A stretch of DNA of 64,000 bases. It comes from Lingula anatina (lineage: Eukaryota; Animalia; Brachiopoda). Made by a program: the position numbers and the translations under genes. The stretch is from positions 744,001 to 808,000 of the forward strand of contig CM120645.1 in assembly GCA_051362555.1 (NCBI GenBank), written 5' to 3'. Shown one piece after another: positions 39,201 to 50,916 of the stretch. Below the pieces are notes generated by a model that saw only the letters and a program-made list of their open reading frames with translations, was not told the DNA's origin and did not search any database. Numbering within the stretch: the first letter of the stretch is position 1; each line of letters begins with the position of its first letter.

Positions 39201-42200
39201 GGCTGCTCAGGTAAAAACTTGTCAATTTCTCAAATCATGTGCCTCAGAAGGCGTACAGACTATATCACTAAGACCCCATTCCCATAGATATTTAGATCGA
39301 TCTATCCCCGCGGGGAGTCTCACTACAAGCTTTAAGGGGGTAATTAACTTTCGTGCCTGCTCGGCTGACAGCTATTTAGCATGAACCCCCAGGGAGTTAG
39401 GTCGATCTAAAGTAGATCGATATAATCTTTGGGAATGGGGTGTTACTATACCACTCAATGTGTAAAGGGCCTACTACTGCTAGTTCTAAAGGTTTGATTA
39501 CAGTATTTGCATAGTTGTATATTAGCAGATGATAAGATAGGACTATTCAATTTTGAGAATACTATTTGATGCCTGTAAAAAGGTGAAGAAGACTATCATC
39601 AAAATAAATAAACATTAAGGGTTCCAGACAACAACCTTTAATCTAAATAAAAATTACTTACACCATATTAACCAAACTTCTCCTCAGAAATGTATGGTTA
39701 TTGTTAGGGAATCAGTTGGGAGGGGAGGGAAGGGGGTACGGGAGGAGCAGGAAAGAAAAAAAATTGAACAGACTGAAATTGTCACCCCTTGTCTTGATAG
39801 CTTATAAACTCTTCTTATACAAACAAGCAAAAGTCCAAAGTCTCAGATAAGCTACATTTAAAAAGCATACTGAGGGATATTCAACGAAGGTGACCAAACT
39901 CAACATGAAGTCCACGCTTCCCACAGTTTTGGTCATTACTGTATTATGGTCAGCAAGGGTACACTGCCTGCCCCCTATACTTCTAAATGCCTCAGCACCA
40001 ATACTCGGCTGTACCTGCCCAAAATATGAGGCACGTGCCACGGAAATGTCTCAAAAACTGCTAGATGTCAGCAACAAGTTCCACACACAAATATCCACCA
40101 TGCAGACGTTATTGATGCAGGAAACACTGGCAAGTCAGACGCTTGAAAATAAGTATGCAGGGTTGGAGAAAAAAATGACTGAAGCCATTCAGAAGTTGAG
40201 CGCCATGATTTCTAGTCAACAGCAAAATATTACCATATTAAATGAGCTGATGGGTAAGTCCAATAACTGTTATATTTCTTTTTTATCATCATCTTCTTAA
40301 AATATCTCTCTCTTTTGTGAAACTATCATTATTTTTTGGATAAGAAACAGAAACACCAGTTATAGTTATACTTCAGTATAAGTTGATAGCATGGAAGTCT
40401 ATGGTCTTAAAGCATTTCCAACCAGAAATAGGAAATATGTTTCTTTTCAAAGTAAAGAAAGAAAGAAAGTAAGGAAGGAAGAAAGGAAGAAATAACAACA
40501 AAGGTCCTTTTGTTACAGCTACCCTGAACAAGTGGACGTTGGTTTTCAAGGCAGTGGCGGGTGGCGGGGAAGACATGTATCAGCTATGGAGCTCAGATAG
40601 AACTCTGAATGAAAACATTCCCCAAGCCAAGTCCTTGACAAGCTCACTGAAAGTACACTACAAGTCTCACCTGGTCAACAACTGGAAGAATGAGAAGATT
40701 AAATATGTAAAATAATATTATTCCTTTTTAATTATTTAGTACCCATTTTACTTAAGTTGTCATTTAATAGATAGGAACTCCTTGTTCATCAACGTACCAG
40801 GTATTAAAATAAATAAATCACTAATGTGATATTTCATTCAAATATTTTATTCAACTGTGTGGATTTGAATATGGAATGACATTTCTTCCTCAGGTAAAAG
40901 TGGCCTTCTACAAGGGTGGTGTGGAGCGCATTGTTCTGATATTTGATGCTATTGGCAGCGACAAGATGTCATGGTTTGACAAAGGCAGATTGATATCTTC
41001 CCCATATTCAGACATTGACACTGCTTCCCCATCTACATTTGGCTACTATTTCAGCATTCAAGGCTTTGTCAGGTATTATGATCTGTGTAACTGTATATCA
41101 TTTTATCAACTCCACAAAACATCAGTAAACTACAGTTCATATACCAGAAACAAAATATGCTGTAGATTAGTGTCAGAACAAATTGTTTTGTAAAGGTAAA
41201 TTCACAATTCACAAATGTATGCTTTTTAAAAGTATATATACTTTTTAGGATCACTTCACTGATATCTGAATCCATCTTATTTTCTTCATTTCAGGCCACC
41301 ATACGCCCGTCATTTTCACATCAATAAGTCCCACAATGGGTGCAGCAATGACATAGGATGGATAGCAGCTATCAACAAGCCTGGATGTGACTACGAAGCC
41401 TTCGACCGATATCCCGCCTTCCTGTATGCACCAGGTCACAATGCTGTTGTTTTTTCAAGACGTAGGTTTCTTTTTTTTATATTATTTATTCTGTCAATGA
41501 AGTACCATGGGTCAGTTTCACAAGCTTGATAATTAGCTTCAATTTTTTGACCAAAATATGGTCCATCTCTCTTAAAGAGAAACTAAAATTTTGTAAATGT
41601 GGTCATTTACTATCCACTAGCCATTTCATAATAATGATATTTATGAATCTGTCCAGAAAACTATCTTTCATGTTTACCTTACAGGTATGAAGAAATGGGT
41701 ACATATTTTTATTTTATTTTATCAATCATTTAAAAGTCTTCAAATTTCCATTTTCAGAAAACCTTGAAGAGGCTGATGTTTTAGCCATCTTTACAGCAAC
41801 AGAGTAACATAATACAGTAATACAATACAGTAATACAATACAGTATTACAATATTTTTCTTTCTTAGAATTCTTAGGATTCTTAGAATAGAGATTACAGC
41901 ACTATATTGTGTGTACAGACTATAAATGTATATTGACTGATCTGAGAAATAATATGAAAAGGTAATTCACTAAATAAATTTAACTTTATTTTATCAAAAT
42001 AAATCCTTAGTTTACTTATTCACTTTAGCACCTTGTCCCAATGACATTGTTTCAATTCTAAAAGGCTTTGAATTAAGTTTTATTTTGGTTAATTCCAATT
42101 CTTCTCAACATATGCACTAAGCGTAATAATTACTGTTCTGCAAGTAGTGTTTAGAATCATTCAGACAGGAAAATATCAGACAATTACATGAGACAATTAT

Positions 42201-43701
42201 ACATAGTACATATAAAGCACAGAAGTATATTAGTTTAGTATTTAAAGCTTCAAATTATGATTACAGTCAGGATTACAGCAGTTGCACTGACAGAACAGTT
42301 GCTAAAGAGTCAGTAGTAACAAATTAAAGTTAATCAGGAGTAGTACGTGCAACTACCTAAGCAGAAGATGGAAGAAACAAATGTTGTTGTTTAGAGATAA
42401 ATTTATGGGAACTTGTTTTAAAGATAAACTTATACAGAAATGTAATTTAGCCAATCAATAAAAGAGAGTCAAAAAGAAAGAAATGTTGTTTCTGGTATTC
42501 AAAAAGGTGTTAAATAAAGTGCTTTCACAGCATTGATATCTACCAGAAAGAGGACAGTCAGGCACAAATAAAATCTCTCTATGATAAATTAATAATCATA
42601 AAAGAATATATATTTTCCTTTAAATATTTCAGTATGATGCTACCAGTATGTACATGTACGAGACAAGAAAATGTCCTCACGACTCTGTCATTATTTCTAA
42701 TCTGCTGTCCTCCAAATCCTGTAAAGTCTCACTTGATTATAAGGTTATGTAAGTCTAATTAATAAACACTTTGTGCTATCTCAAATGATCCTGAGTAAAA
42801 ACCCCTTACCTTTTGAATTCCCCAGCAAAATGCTCTGCTAGAACATCGGTGAAGCTGCTGCCCCCTATATCTGGTCTGGAGATGTTTGCCAGTATCCTGT
42901 ACATACCACAGTTCACACTTATTACAGTGCAGTCACATGATGTGCCCCCAAGTCTGTAGACTAATACATTGCTGGAATAGAAACAGAGGCCTCATTCAGA
43001 TTAGGGAACTAACTAGTCCGAGAGTCAAATATGGCAACCCACTACAAAACTTGACGTCTAATCCTCCATAGACACTGAATAGATATCCCATGGGGAAGTA
43101 CTCAAGTGAGTCAGCCGTATTTGACTCTCGGACTAGTTACTTCTCTATTCTGAATGGGGCCAGAGGAATGTGACAGAAATAACAATATGATAAAACAATG
43201 AAATATAAACAGAAGTCAGTATGGTGTAAACATTTTAAAAAATGTCAAAATTCAAAGCAGATATTTTACAGCACACCCAAAGCATAGAAACTGACATTTT
43301 CATTTTGACACTTATAAAACAGTTTCTGGGGTAGCGCTAACACTCGCCAATTTGGCCAAATGCTAAAACTGACTTAAATTGGCTAAAGAAAAAGGGCTTG
43401 ATTTGGCATGTTTTAGCGAAATTATAACCATTTTGATACCAAATTGACAAAAATGTGATGATTTGGCCAAGCGAAAAAAATTGCTAGCGCTACCCCAGAG
43501 TTTCTTATTATTATCTTTCTATTCTTATTTTGGAAAAAAACAGAAAGAAATGCATTTGTAGATGCTAATCTTACCAATATTCATGGATGTCTTTCTGTCC
43601 GAGGTCGTAAGCCAGTGCCGCGGCAGTTGGCTCATTTATCACTCGTAATACATGAAAACCTGCCGCCTCAGCGGACTGACTGAAATTTAATTGCAAAATT
43701 A

Positions 43702-43744
<43 letters not shown>

Positions 43745-46700
43745 CCTCTTGTAGATCAGATGAGATTTTGAAAAGTATATCATTATAAATTATTCCAGTT
43801 TGATAAAAGATACTTGTCTCATGTAAATTATACTTAAAAATCAATATTTACCTCACTGGAAGTCAACTATATTGATATCCTAACATTCATTAATAATAAC
43901 AACCCCTAATCCAATGTCAAGCTTATCTGATCATTTTCTTTTTATCTCCTCTGTGCTTTTCTGCCGTCTGGTTGGACTTTTGCTTAGAACATACCTTAGT
44001 GCGTTCCTCTGCTGTGGATTGTAATCGACAGGGCAAGTCACCACTGTGTCGTGTATCTCTCCATCTCCATGACTCTGAGCTATTTCTGAACACCAACATA
44101 AAAATACATTTTATAAAGAAAACTACGTATGCTGCGATCATATCTTTATCACTTTGCAGTTAAGACAGCATAAGGAGCAAAATATGTGCAGTCATATTAT
44201 AAATTAATTACAATTCACAGACCTTGGAGTCACTTCAAAGGGGTGACATCAGTCAGAGGTGCTGGGAATTCGGGAACAGCATACTCCTGCATAACCTCAA
44301 AGTCCTGCTGACTAAGTGGGTGGGGGGTGGGGCTTCAAGATTTTGTCAATAGGGGGCACAACTGGTGTTGATTAGTAGACATGACAAATGCTGGTAAAAT
44401 CTGCACAACATAAAATTGTCTGCAAATACCTTGCTGCTTATTACTTTTGTCTTTTCAACATAAACATGGGCATTGGAATTATGTGCCATATTTCACATAA
44501 TTTAAACCAAATATATATACATACACCACTTATCCTGCACAAGTAAAAATTATACCAATTTAATTAATGTGGTAATTATATCACCGGGGGTTGGCTATAA
44601 TATGAAGTGTTTTTTTCTTCTTAATATCAATACTCATATCTGAATGAGATTATGAAATACATAAAAAACTGCAACATAAATTGTAAAAGAAATGACTGAA
44701 ATTTCACACACCTCTCATATTCTTGTAGACCAGTTCTGCTATTTGAACTGGAGTAAAAGTTGCCCTTTTTTCTTGAAACTCCACTTCATATGCTGGTTTT
44801 CCGTCTTTTTCAACAATCTGAGTAACAATATTGAAAGAAAGGCATCCTGAGTTATTTAATTTGGATGAAATAATAAACTCTTTTGATAGTCTACCTTGTC
44901 AACAAAATGACAAAAAGAAAGTAAATTTACGTAAATCAAATAAATTAAAAATCAAACAAATCTACCATTATAACATATATCTACAAGACAGTGTTATATG
45001 TCTTACCTTTACAGGAGAGCTTGCTGTTATTTGTTGAACAGCAGGATCTGTGAATTCTCTGCCCAAAGTTTGCTTCACATTGCATACAGTATTCTGTGCA
45101 TTTCTTATGATACCTTGCTTAGCAGCCAAACCAACTGCCTACATATTAGCAAAGGAACAAGAAAGAAATCAATAAAATGCAATGATTTTTTTAAAAAAAA
45201 TGCCCATACAAGACAAAGTATAATCATATATGACTGTCTTTATTTGTTTGTGATTATATATAACTAGAAATATAATTAGTGTATAATTTTTGGCGTTAAG
45301 TCTTATGTTTTTCTGTTTATTGTATGCAAACTTCAACTTAATGAGTTATAGAAATATAAAGTATCGATACATACTGTATGTTCCCAGACAGCCTCAGTAA
45401 TCTGGCCCACGTCTGGCCCAGATCTGGCAACGTCTGGCAATATCTGGGCCAGATTTTGCCAGACACTTGCCAGATCTGGGCCAAGTCTGGCAAAGTCTGG
45501 CATTTATGCCACATTTTGCCAGACACTTGCCAGATCTGGGCCAAGTCTGGCAAAGTCTGGCATTTATGCCACATTTTGCCAGATGCTGCTCAGACTTGGG
45601 CCAGATATGGTACTTTCATTTTCAATATTTATTTATTTATTTTTTATTGACCAGTGAGCTGAATGCATTGAACTGACGTCATTTGATAAATTTTGATTTA
45701 ATTTATCTCTCTCTCTTTTCTTCAAAGTCCCCTCATAAGTGTGCTATTTGTTTAATTTGACTTGACATTTGAATGAATTCACTGTTCTAAAACTTTTTTG
45801 AACTACTCGTTCCGCTGTTGTAAGATTCCGCTTTTTATGCTAAGCCGGTCAAGGACCCGGATGTAGCGTTTCTTAGAGTTATGGATGTGAAAAAAGCACA
45901 AGTGTATCAAACTGATACAATTCGTTGAGTGATTTGATTCGTGATGCGATTTATTTCGAAGGCATCAACACTGGTGACGAGGATTAACACTAGTGCAAAA
46001 CTGTGAGCCAACTTTCTTTAAAAAAATGGAAGAAAAATGTGAAATTACGGAATTCGAACCGTACAGAAGTCCGGAGACATTAGGGTCACGCTCGACGCGA
46101 TGGCTAGACAGTTTTAACCTCTTCGCTGACGGAAAAGATTGATCTTTTCAAAACCAACGGACGGCATGAATAATGAACAAAGATAGAAAATTAAAAATAC
46201 ATGACAGAGGAGACGCGCGCTTATGTTGTATTCAGCAGGGACAGGTGTACAAGATATTTTCAGGACTCTCCCAAACACAGGTTAGAAACATGAATATACA
46301 TTAGACAGTTAACGCTTTGAATGAAATTGGAACACCAGAAACTGTGAGTATGATGAAACCGAAGTCATTTGACAAACCAAGCCAGTCTAAACATTACGAG
46401 TTTAGACATGAAAAACGAAGTAGAAACTCCCTGACTGAGAAAACATAGAACGTTGGATCACTTTGCAAAAGTCTGCAAAACTGAAACTATTATTCATGTA
46501 AATGACAGCTTTGAACATGATAATCCAGGAGTGCATATACATTTGGTGTGGGAACCAATGCAATATACACAGAAGACATGGAGGCAATAGAGGCGGTGTT
46601 AATCCCAGTGTATTACCAGATTCAGGTGCATATTGTAATATCATTGATGAAAATACATGGAGAATGCTGAAATCCAAGAAAAATAAATGTGGCTCTTGTG

Positions 46701-49008
46701 GAGGACTAGAAAACAAACAGTATTATTCATACACGTCTGAGAAACCTTTAAAAGTGAAGGGAACATTTGAATGTGACGTAAAGGAAGAGACCAGTAGTAG
46801 TGAAAGGACATGGGATTTGATGAGTTGATAAGTTTTGAGAATTTTCAGTGTGGTTTAAGGAATAAAAGTTGGAGTTCATATGCTATTCTGCAAATGTTTG
46901 AAAGGACATTTTAAAGACTGAACTGTCAATAAACATGTTTTGAAAGGACCGTTTCTGTCCAAGAAAGGAAGGGATGTTGTGTTTTGACTTGACATTTGAA
47001 TGAACTGTTGTTAACTTGGTAGAGTTACTTGTTCCATATTGTTGATTCCATTAATAATTATAAGCTTGTCAAGGAGCCGGATGTATCATTTCTTAGTGTT
47101 GATCTTATGGATTTGAAAAAAGCGCAAACATTGCAAACTGGTTCAATTCATTGAGTGATTTGATTCATGATGTGATTTAATTCAAAAGCATTGATACTGG
47201 GGTTTGTTTTTGTGCACATGTAATTCTCTTTTAATTGTACATCTATATCTGTGCTGGAGTATACATATTTTTTTTTCAGAATTTACATGTATGTACAGTA
47301 CTGTAGCCAGCATGCAAGTTGAATTACAGTTACTGCATGGTTATTTATAATTTTGTTATAACTCACCATCATCTAAAAAAACAATGTTTTTTCATTCATT
47401 ATTCAAGATTTATTCATTACAAAACTATATTCATTAGTGATTATTATTATTATTAATGATATGTTTGAATTAGTTTAAAAATGACAGTGTGTGCAAAAAT
47501 ATTTCCCCCTCAAACCCCTCCCCCATGTACATGCATAATTAATTACAATTTTTGTAATTTGTGTTAATTCAGATTCGATGAGCAGCTTTGTGTTGAAAAA
47601 AAAATTGTTGTTATAACTGTTTTCTTTACATGTATGTAAGTGACATTTCCTCCTGTTAAGTGTCTGTATATTTACCTTTTTGCAGTGTAGTTTTTTTGTT
47701 TTTTTTCAAATATACATTGTTTTGTACAAAAAGACAAGAAGTGACCCTTAATTTGTTACATGTTAGTTGCCAGCAAGGTTATATAATGTGTAATAATTTT
47801 GTTTAGGGTTTTAGCACAGAATAAATACTTGAATCTTGAATCTTGTATGTCTTTTTTATAGTAATCTTATTGAATAATTAAAAATAATTAAAAAAAAGAA
47901 AAAAAAAAAAAACATTCTGGGCCATATGTGGTCCATGTCTGGCCCTAATCTGGCCCATTTGAATATGATCTGGCCCACATCTGGCCCACATCTGGCATGC
48001 CATACATTTGCCAGATATTGCCAGATCTGGGCCGACATCTGGCCATATGAGCAAATGTGGACTGGCAGACTGCCAGATCTGGCCCAAACATTGCCACATC
48101 TGGCCCACATGTGGCAAGCCATACGTGGGCCATACCTTTTGCCAGACATTGCCAGACGTTGCCAGATCTGGGCCAGACGTGGGCCAGATCACTGAGGCTG
48201 TCTGGGTTGTTTATATATTTTATACTTCTTTTAAGTTTAATATTGAGTATATAATTATGAGAGCTTTGTTCCTACTTTGTCATGGTCAGTAAATGCTACT
48301 ATTGCAGGTGTCACTCGGTCTCCTGCTTCATTAGCAACCACGTCTGTTTTTCCATCCTAAATGAAGAAAAAATTATATATAATAATCATTTAATAATACA
48401 TGAATATATAAATACAACTACATGCAATTCATTGGTACTTCAGTTGAAGGTTGACATTTTCATGAAATAAGGCAGTGGTCCTCATATACAAAATATGATG
48501 AAATGTTTTTTTTTTTTTTAATTTCATTACAATCATTACCAAAAATGTGATTAAAAATTTAACAAGGCAAAAATCATTCTTCTTTCATGCTGGCTGCTGA
48601 CAGTCCAGAATTATAAAATCAATGTTGTTATAATATCCAAAATCGGTCTTAAACGTAAGACGGACTTAGAAATAACAACACTATATATTTATTAAAGGTT
48701 GTGTTTGACACTGTGATCGACTTTTATGTTTGAAAGCGTACAGGGAGACAACATTCTTCACATGACCTAGATTTTATTTTTGCTATTTTTAGTAACAGAT
48801 ACACGTGAAGTTGTCAGTCGCTTTGTTTATCAATTTACTTGTGTGAGCAGATCCCAAAATCTTAAGTGAAAATCAAGCGAGATGAGTCTCAAAGACACAT
48901 GGGATAATTTCCTTCGGTCTGATCAATTTGAATTATTCCAGTGCTGACCTTATACACGGCTAAACAGGCTGAAGTTGAGCCGAAATGAACCCCAAAGGCA
49001 GCGGCCAT
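30129..49008 (-). CDS. HSPA14: Heat shock 70 kDa protein 14 (Hsp70L1, ribosome-associated complex subunit), 14 exons
   Basis: Exon 1 (49008-48949) [20 protein letters not shown] and exon 2 (48356-48276) [17 protein letters not shown] match the HSPA14 N-terminus. Further exons at ~45138-45007, 44817-44712, ~44085-43994, ~43679-43575 ([19 protein letters not shown]), 42971-42810, 34031-33877, 33140-33038, 32657-32529 ([11 protein letters not shown]...[12 protein letters not shown]), 32095-32005, ~31687-31518, 30911-~30853 and 30204-30129 ([11 protein letters not shown]...TGA). Short C-terminus without EEVD. Confidence 0.93.
33415..33582. mobile_element. hAT-like MITE in an HSPA14 intron
   Basis: Terminal inverted repeats CAGGGGCGGATT / AATCTGCCCCTG. 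TSD is not clean. Confidence 0.55.
35473..38033 (+). CDS. Nested gene N1 (antisense in HSPA14 intron 7): secreted coiled-coil protein with an uncharacterised C-terminal globular domain
   Basis: Exons 35473-35917 (signal [33 protein letters not shown], coiled coil), 36320-36508, 36922-37091, 37424-37599 and 37984-38033 ([14 protein letters not shown]). Phases 1/0/2/1 are consistent and there are no internal stops. Confidence 0.9.
39272..39443. mobile_element. MITE (Harbinger-like) between N1 and N2
   Basis: Inverted ends ACCCCATTCCCATAGAT / ATCTTTGGGAATGGGGT, flanked by TAA and TTA. Confidence 0.6.
39905..41807 (+). CDS. Nested gene N2, tandem paralogue of N1 (antisense in HSPA14 intron 7)
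   Basis: Exons 39905-40253 (signal [24 protein letters not shown], coiled coil), 40519-40706, 40894-41072, 41295-41461 and 41758-41807 ([14 protein letters not shown]). Same intron phases as N1. Shared motifs KWTLxFKAV, HYKxxxVNxW, GSDKMxWFxKxRLISSPYxDI, SHNGCxxDxGW, FLYAPGH. Confidence 0.9.
42988..43161. mobile_element. Foldback MITE (PIF/Harbinger-like termini), 174 bp
   Basis: TIRs of ~48 bp GGCCTCATTCAGATTAGGGAACTAACTAGTCCGAGAGTCAAATATGGC and its near reverse complement. 3-bp TSD AGA (42985-42987, 43162-43164). Confidence 0.8.
43326..43498. mobile_element. MITE
   Basis: TIRs CTGGGGTAGCGCTA / TAGCGCTACCCCAG, flanked by a direct AGTTT repeat. Superfamily is ambiguous. Confidence 0.7.
45383..48206. 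mobile_element. Non-autonomous EnSpm/CMC-type DNA transposon (2.8 kb) in HSPA14 intron 2
   Basis: Termini CCCAGACAGCCTCAGT...ACTGAGGCTGTCTGGG, 2-bp TSD TT, and arrays of ~10-11 bp subterminal repeats (TTGCCAGA / TGGCCCAGATC) at 45383-45610 and ~47915-48206. The left array includes a 60-bp tandem duplication. Confidence 0.85.
45749..47196 (+). mobile_element. Internally deleted Ty3/Gypsy LTR retrotransposon nested in the CMC element
   Basis: Diverged direct repeats (LTRs) at ~45749-45970 and 46975-47196. PBS-like TGGTGACGAGGAT at 45972, PPT AAGAAAGGAAGGGA at 46961-46974. Gag relic [12 protein letters not shown]...[20 protein letters not shown] and protease relic [12 protein letters not shown]...[15 protein letters not shown]. 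No RT or integrase visible. Confidence 0.85.
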
Positions 49009-49236
49009 TATGGTATCGCAATTTCTCGTTTCCAGACGAGAGGAATTTCAACCAATCAGAAGCCGACAACTCGCTTTCTTGAGCAACGTGGATGAATGAC
49101 AAATCCTCATAGCAGTACCAAAAAGTTTAATTAGACGTGTGTGTTTCTCTCGACAGAACAAGCAAAAACGACTGTGATACAATCCAAAGGGAAAAGAAAA
49201 GAGAATTAGAAACAGACAGTACATTGTCTTGTGATA
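49009..49236. promoter_or_regulatory. Bidirectional promoter / 5' UTR region shared by HSPA14 and MANF/CDNF
   Basis: Only 228 bp separate the divergent ATGs. CCAATCAG box at ~49052, plus ACGTGG (~49086) and GACGTG (~49135) cores. Confidence 0.7.
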
Positions 49237-50916
49237 ATGGATTTAAATATGACTTTACTGTACGTATGTGCCGGCGCTCTAGGAATCCTGGCTTTGACAA
49301 GTACGACAAATGCTCTAAAGGAAGAAGATTGCCCAGGTAAATAAAACTTCACAAGAATGATTAAGGACTGTGTGATTGAAATGAGAGGTATTTAGTTCAT
49401 CAGGGTTTATTAAGTTAATCTAAGAGGTAAAATGCCCCTGTTAACACTAAACATCTAAAGACGAAAGTGGCATTTCATACAATATACCAGTACTTGAGTT
49501 CAGTTAGCCAAGTCAGAAGAATGACCTCGAAACAGTGTTATTGGAATGATGTGTGACATTAATATGAGAAAAGTGGCTTGTGTGATTATTTAGATATAAA
49601 AAGAATCATTTAGATCGAATGTCATTGTTGTCTATTAGAACAGTCTACCTCTACCATTCATTTCTGTTATTTATTAACTGTACGTATTGTTAAAAGTGTA
49701 CTAAACTAAGTAAAGAAGCGTAATGGGTATTTATGTTTTATAAGAATCTGCTAACATGTTATATACAATTTTCAGTGACAAGATTACTGCTGTGCTAAAC
49801 ATTTTTCTTTAAATTTGTTGTAGAAATTTTTGGAATGGAATGGTTATCTTATACATTACTTTGAAAAAGCTTAGGCTCAACTATTTCTGTTTCATTAATT
49901 TTACATTTTTGTTTAGTTTAAACTACAAAAAGTTTTTATCTTTATTTTAGTCTGTATCAAGTTTCTAACAAAGTTTATGAACACACTGGAAGGTGAAGAA
50001 AAAACGGTTGAAAACATTGAGAAAAAGTTCAGGAAGTTTTGTAAATCTGCCAAGAACAAAGATGAAAGATTGGTGAGTACACTGCATTGTTAAACACAGT
50101 TTTATTATTAATGAAAAAACAAATTGGTTAAAATACACCCTTGTAGTAACATTAAATGTCTTCTCTATTTAAACCCTCATATGTTTACTAGTAAGTAACA
50201 AGTTTGTTTTAAGTTTATTTTGCTGCATTTCATAACAGGTGTCTGATTCTTCAGGGTATAATATCAATAAACAATTAACAACAATCAAGTGAAAAAGATT
50301 TAACCGGGGTTTATTATTATATACAATAATCCTTCTGTATTATATTTCAGTGTTACTATATTGGGGCCCTAGAAACCTCCGCCACTGGTATCCTTGGAGA
50401 GATGTCTAAACCCATGAGTTGGGGAGTACCTGCCGATAAAGTTTGTGAAAAACTGAACAGAAAAGATAGCCAAATATGTGAACTAAGATATCGTAAGTTA
50501 TTTTCCTTTGTTTCATCTGAAAATAGATCAGCGTAATATGTAGAATAATGTAAGGATGATATGTAAATGTTTACATTAAGAGTATTCTCTTCAGTTATAT
50601 TGCAGTGTTTTTCACTACCATAATGGGATTATTTCCACAAAATTTAATGAAAGCAATTAAACATTATGTCCTTTAAAAAAGGGAAATTTTTATGACATTT
50701 AACAATTTCTCCTTTTTTATTTCAGCAAAAGTAGTAGACCTGGCAACAGTAAACCTTAAAAAATTGAAAGTAAAAGATTTGAAAAACATCTTAAACAACT
50801 GGGGAGAGGAGTGCAAGGGATGTGCCGAGAAATCTGATTTTATTCGTAAGATTGAGGAGTTAATGCCAGAGCATGCCCCAGAGGCTCATGCTGCCAGAAC
50901 GAAAGAGGAGTTATGA
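49237..50916 (+). CDS. MANF: MANF/CDNF (ARMET) family ER-stress protein, single invertebrate-type orthologue
   Basis: Four exons: 49237-49336 (signal peptide, LKEEDCP), 49951-50072 (VCIKFL...[12 protein letters not shown]), 50351-50492 ([15 protein letters not shown]...[16 protein letters not shown]) and 50726-50916 ([34 protein letters not shown]...KEEL). Saposin plus SAP domains, CKGC motif and a KDEL-like terminus. Confidence 0.96.

Noticed and set aside
43994-44085. Apparent frameshift in HSPA14 exon 5, suggested by the ORF track
   Set aside because: Re-reading gives an intact frame [30 protein letters not shown]. The track ORF is a different frame.
45338-45676. Repetitive ORFs (CQIWAKSG / PDLAQIW) here and at 47856-48292, and a CRISPR-like look
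   Set aside because: These are subterminal repeat arrays of the CMC transposon, open in several frames on both strands. There are no unique spacers or cas genes, and the context is eukaryotic.
49080-49100. Canonical ERSE or ERSE-II element in the MANF promoter
   Set aside because: CGTGGATGAAT has two mismatches to CGTGGNCCAAT, and the CCAAT at ~49052 lacks CCACG at 9-nt spacing. Only core motifs are reported.
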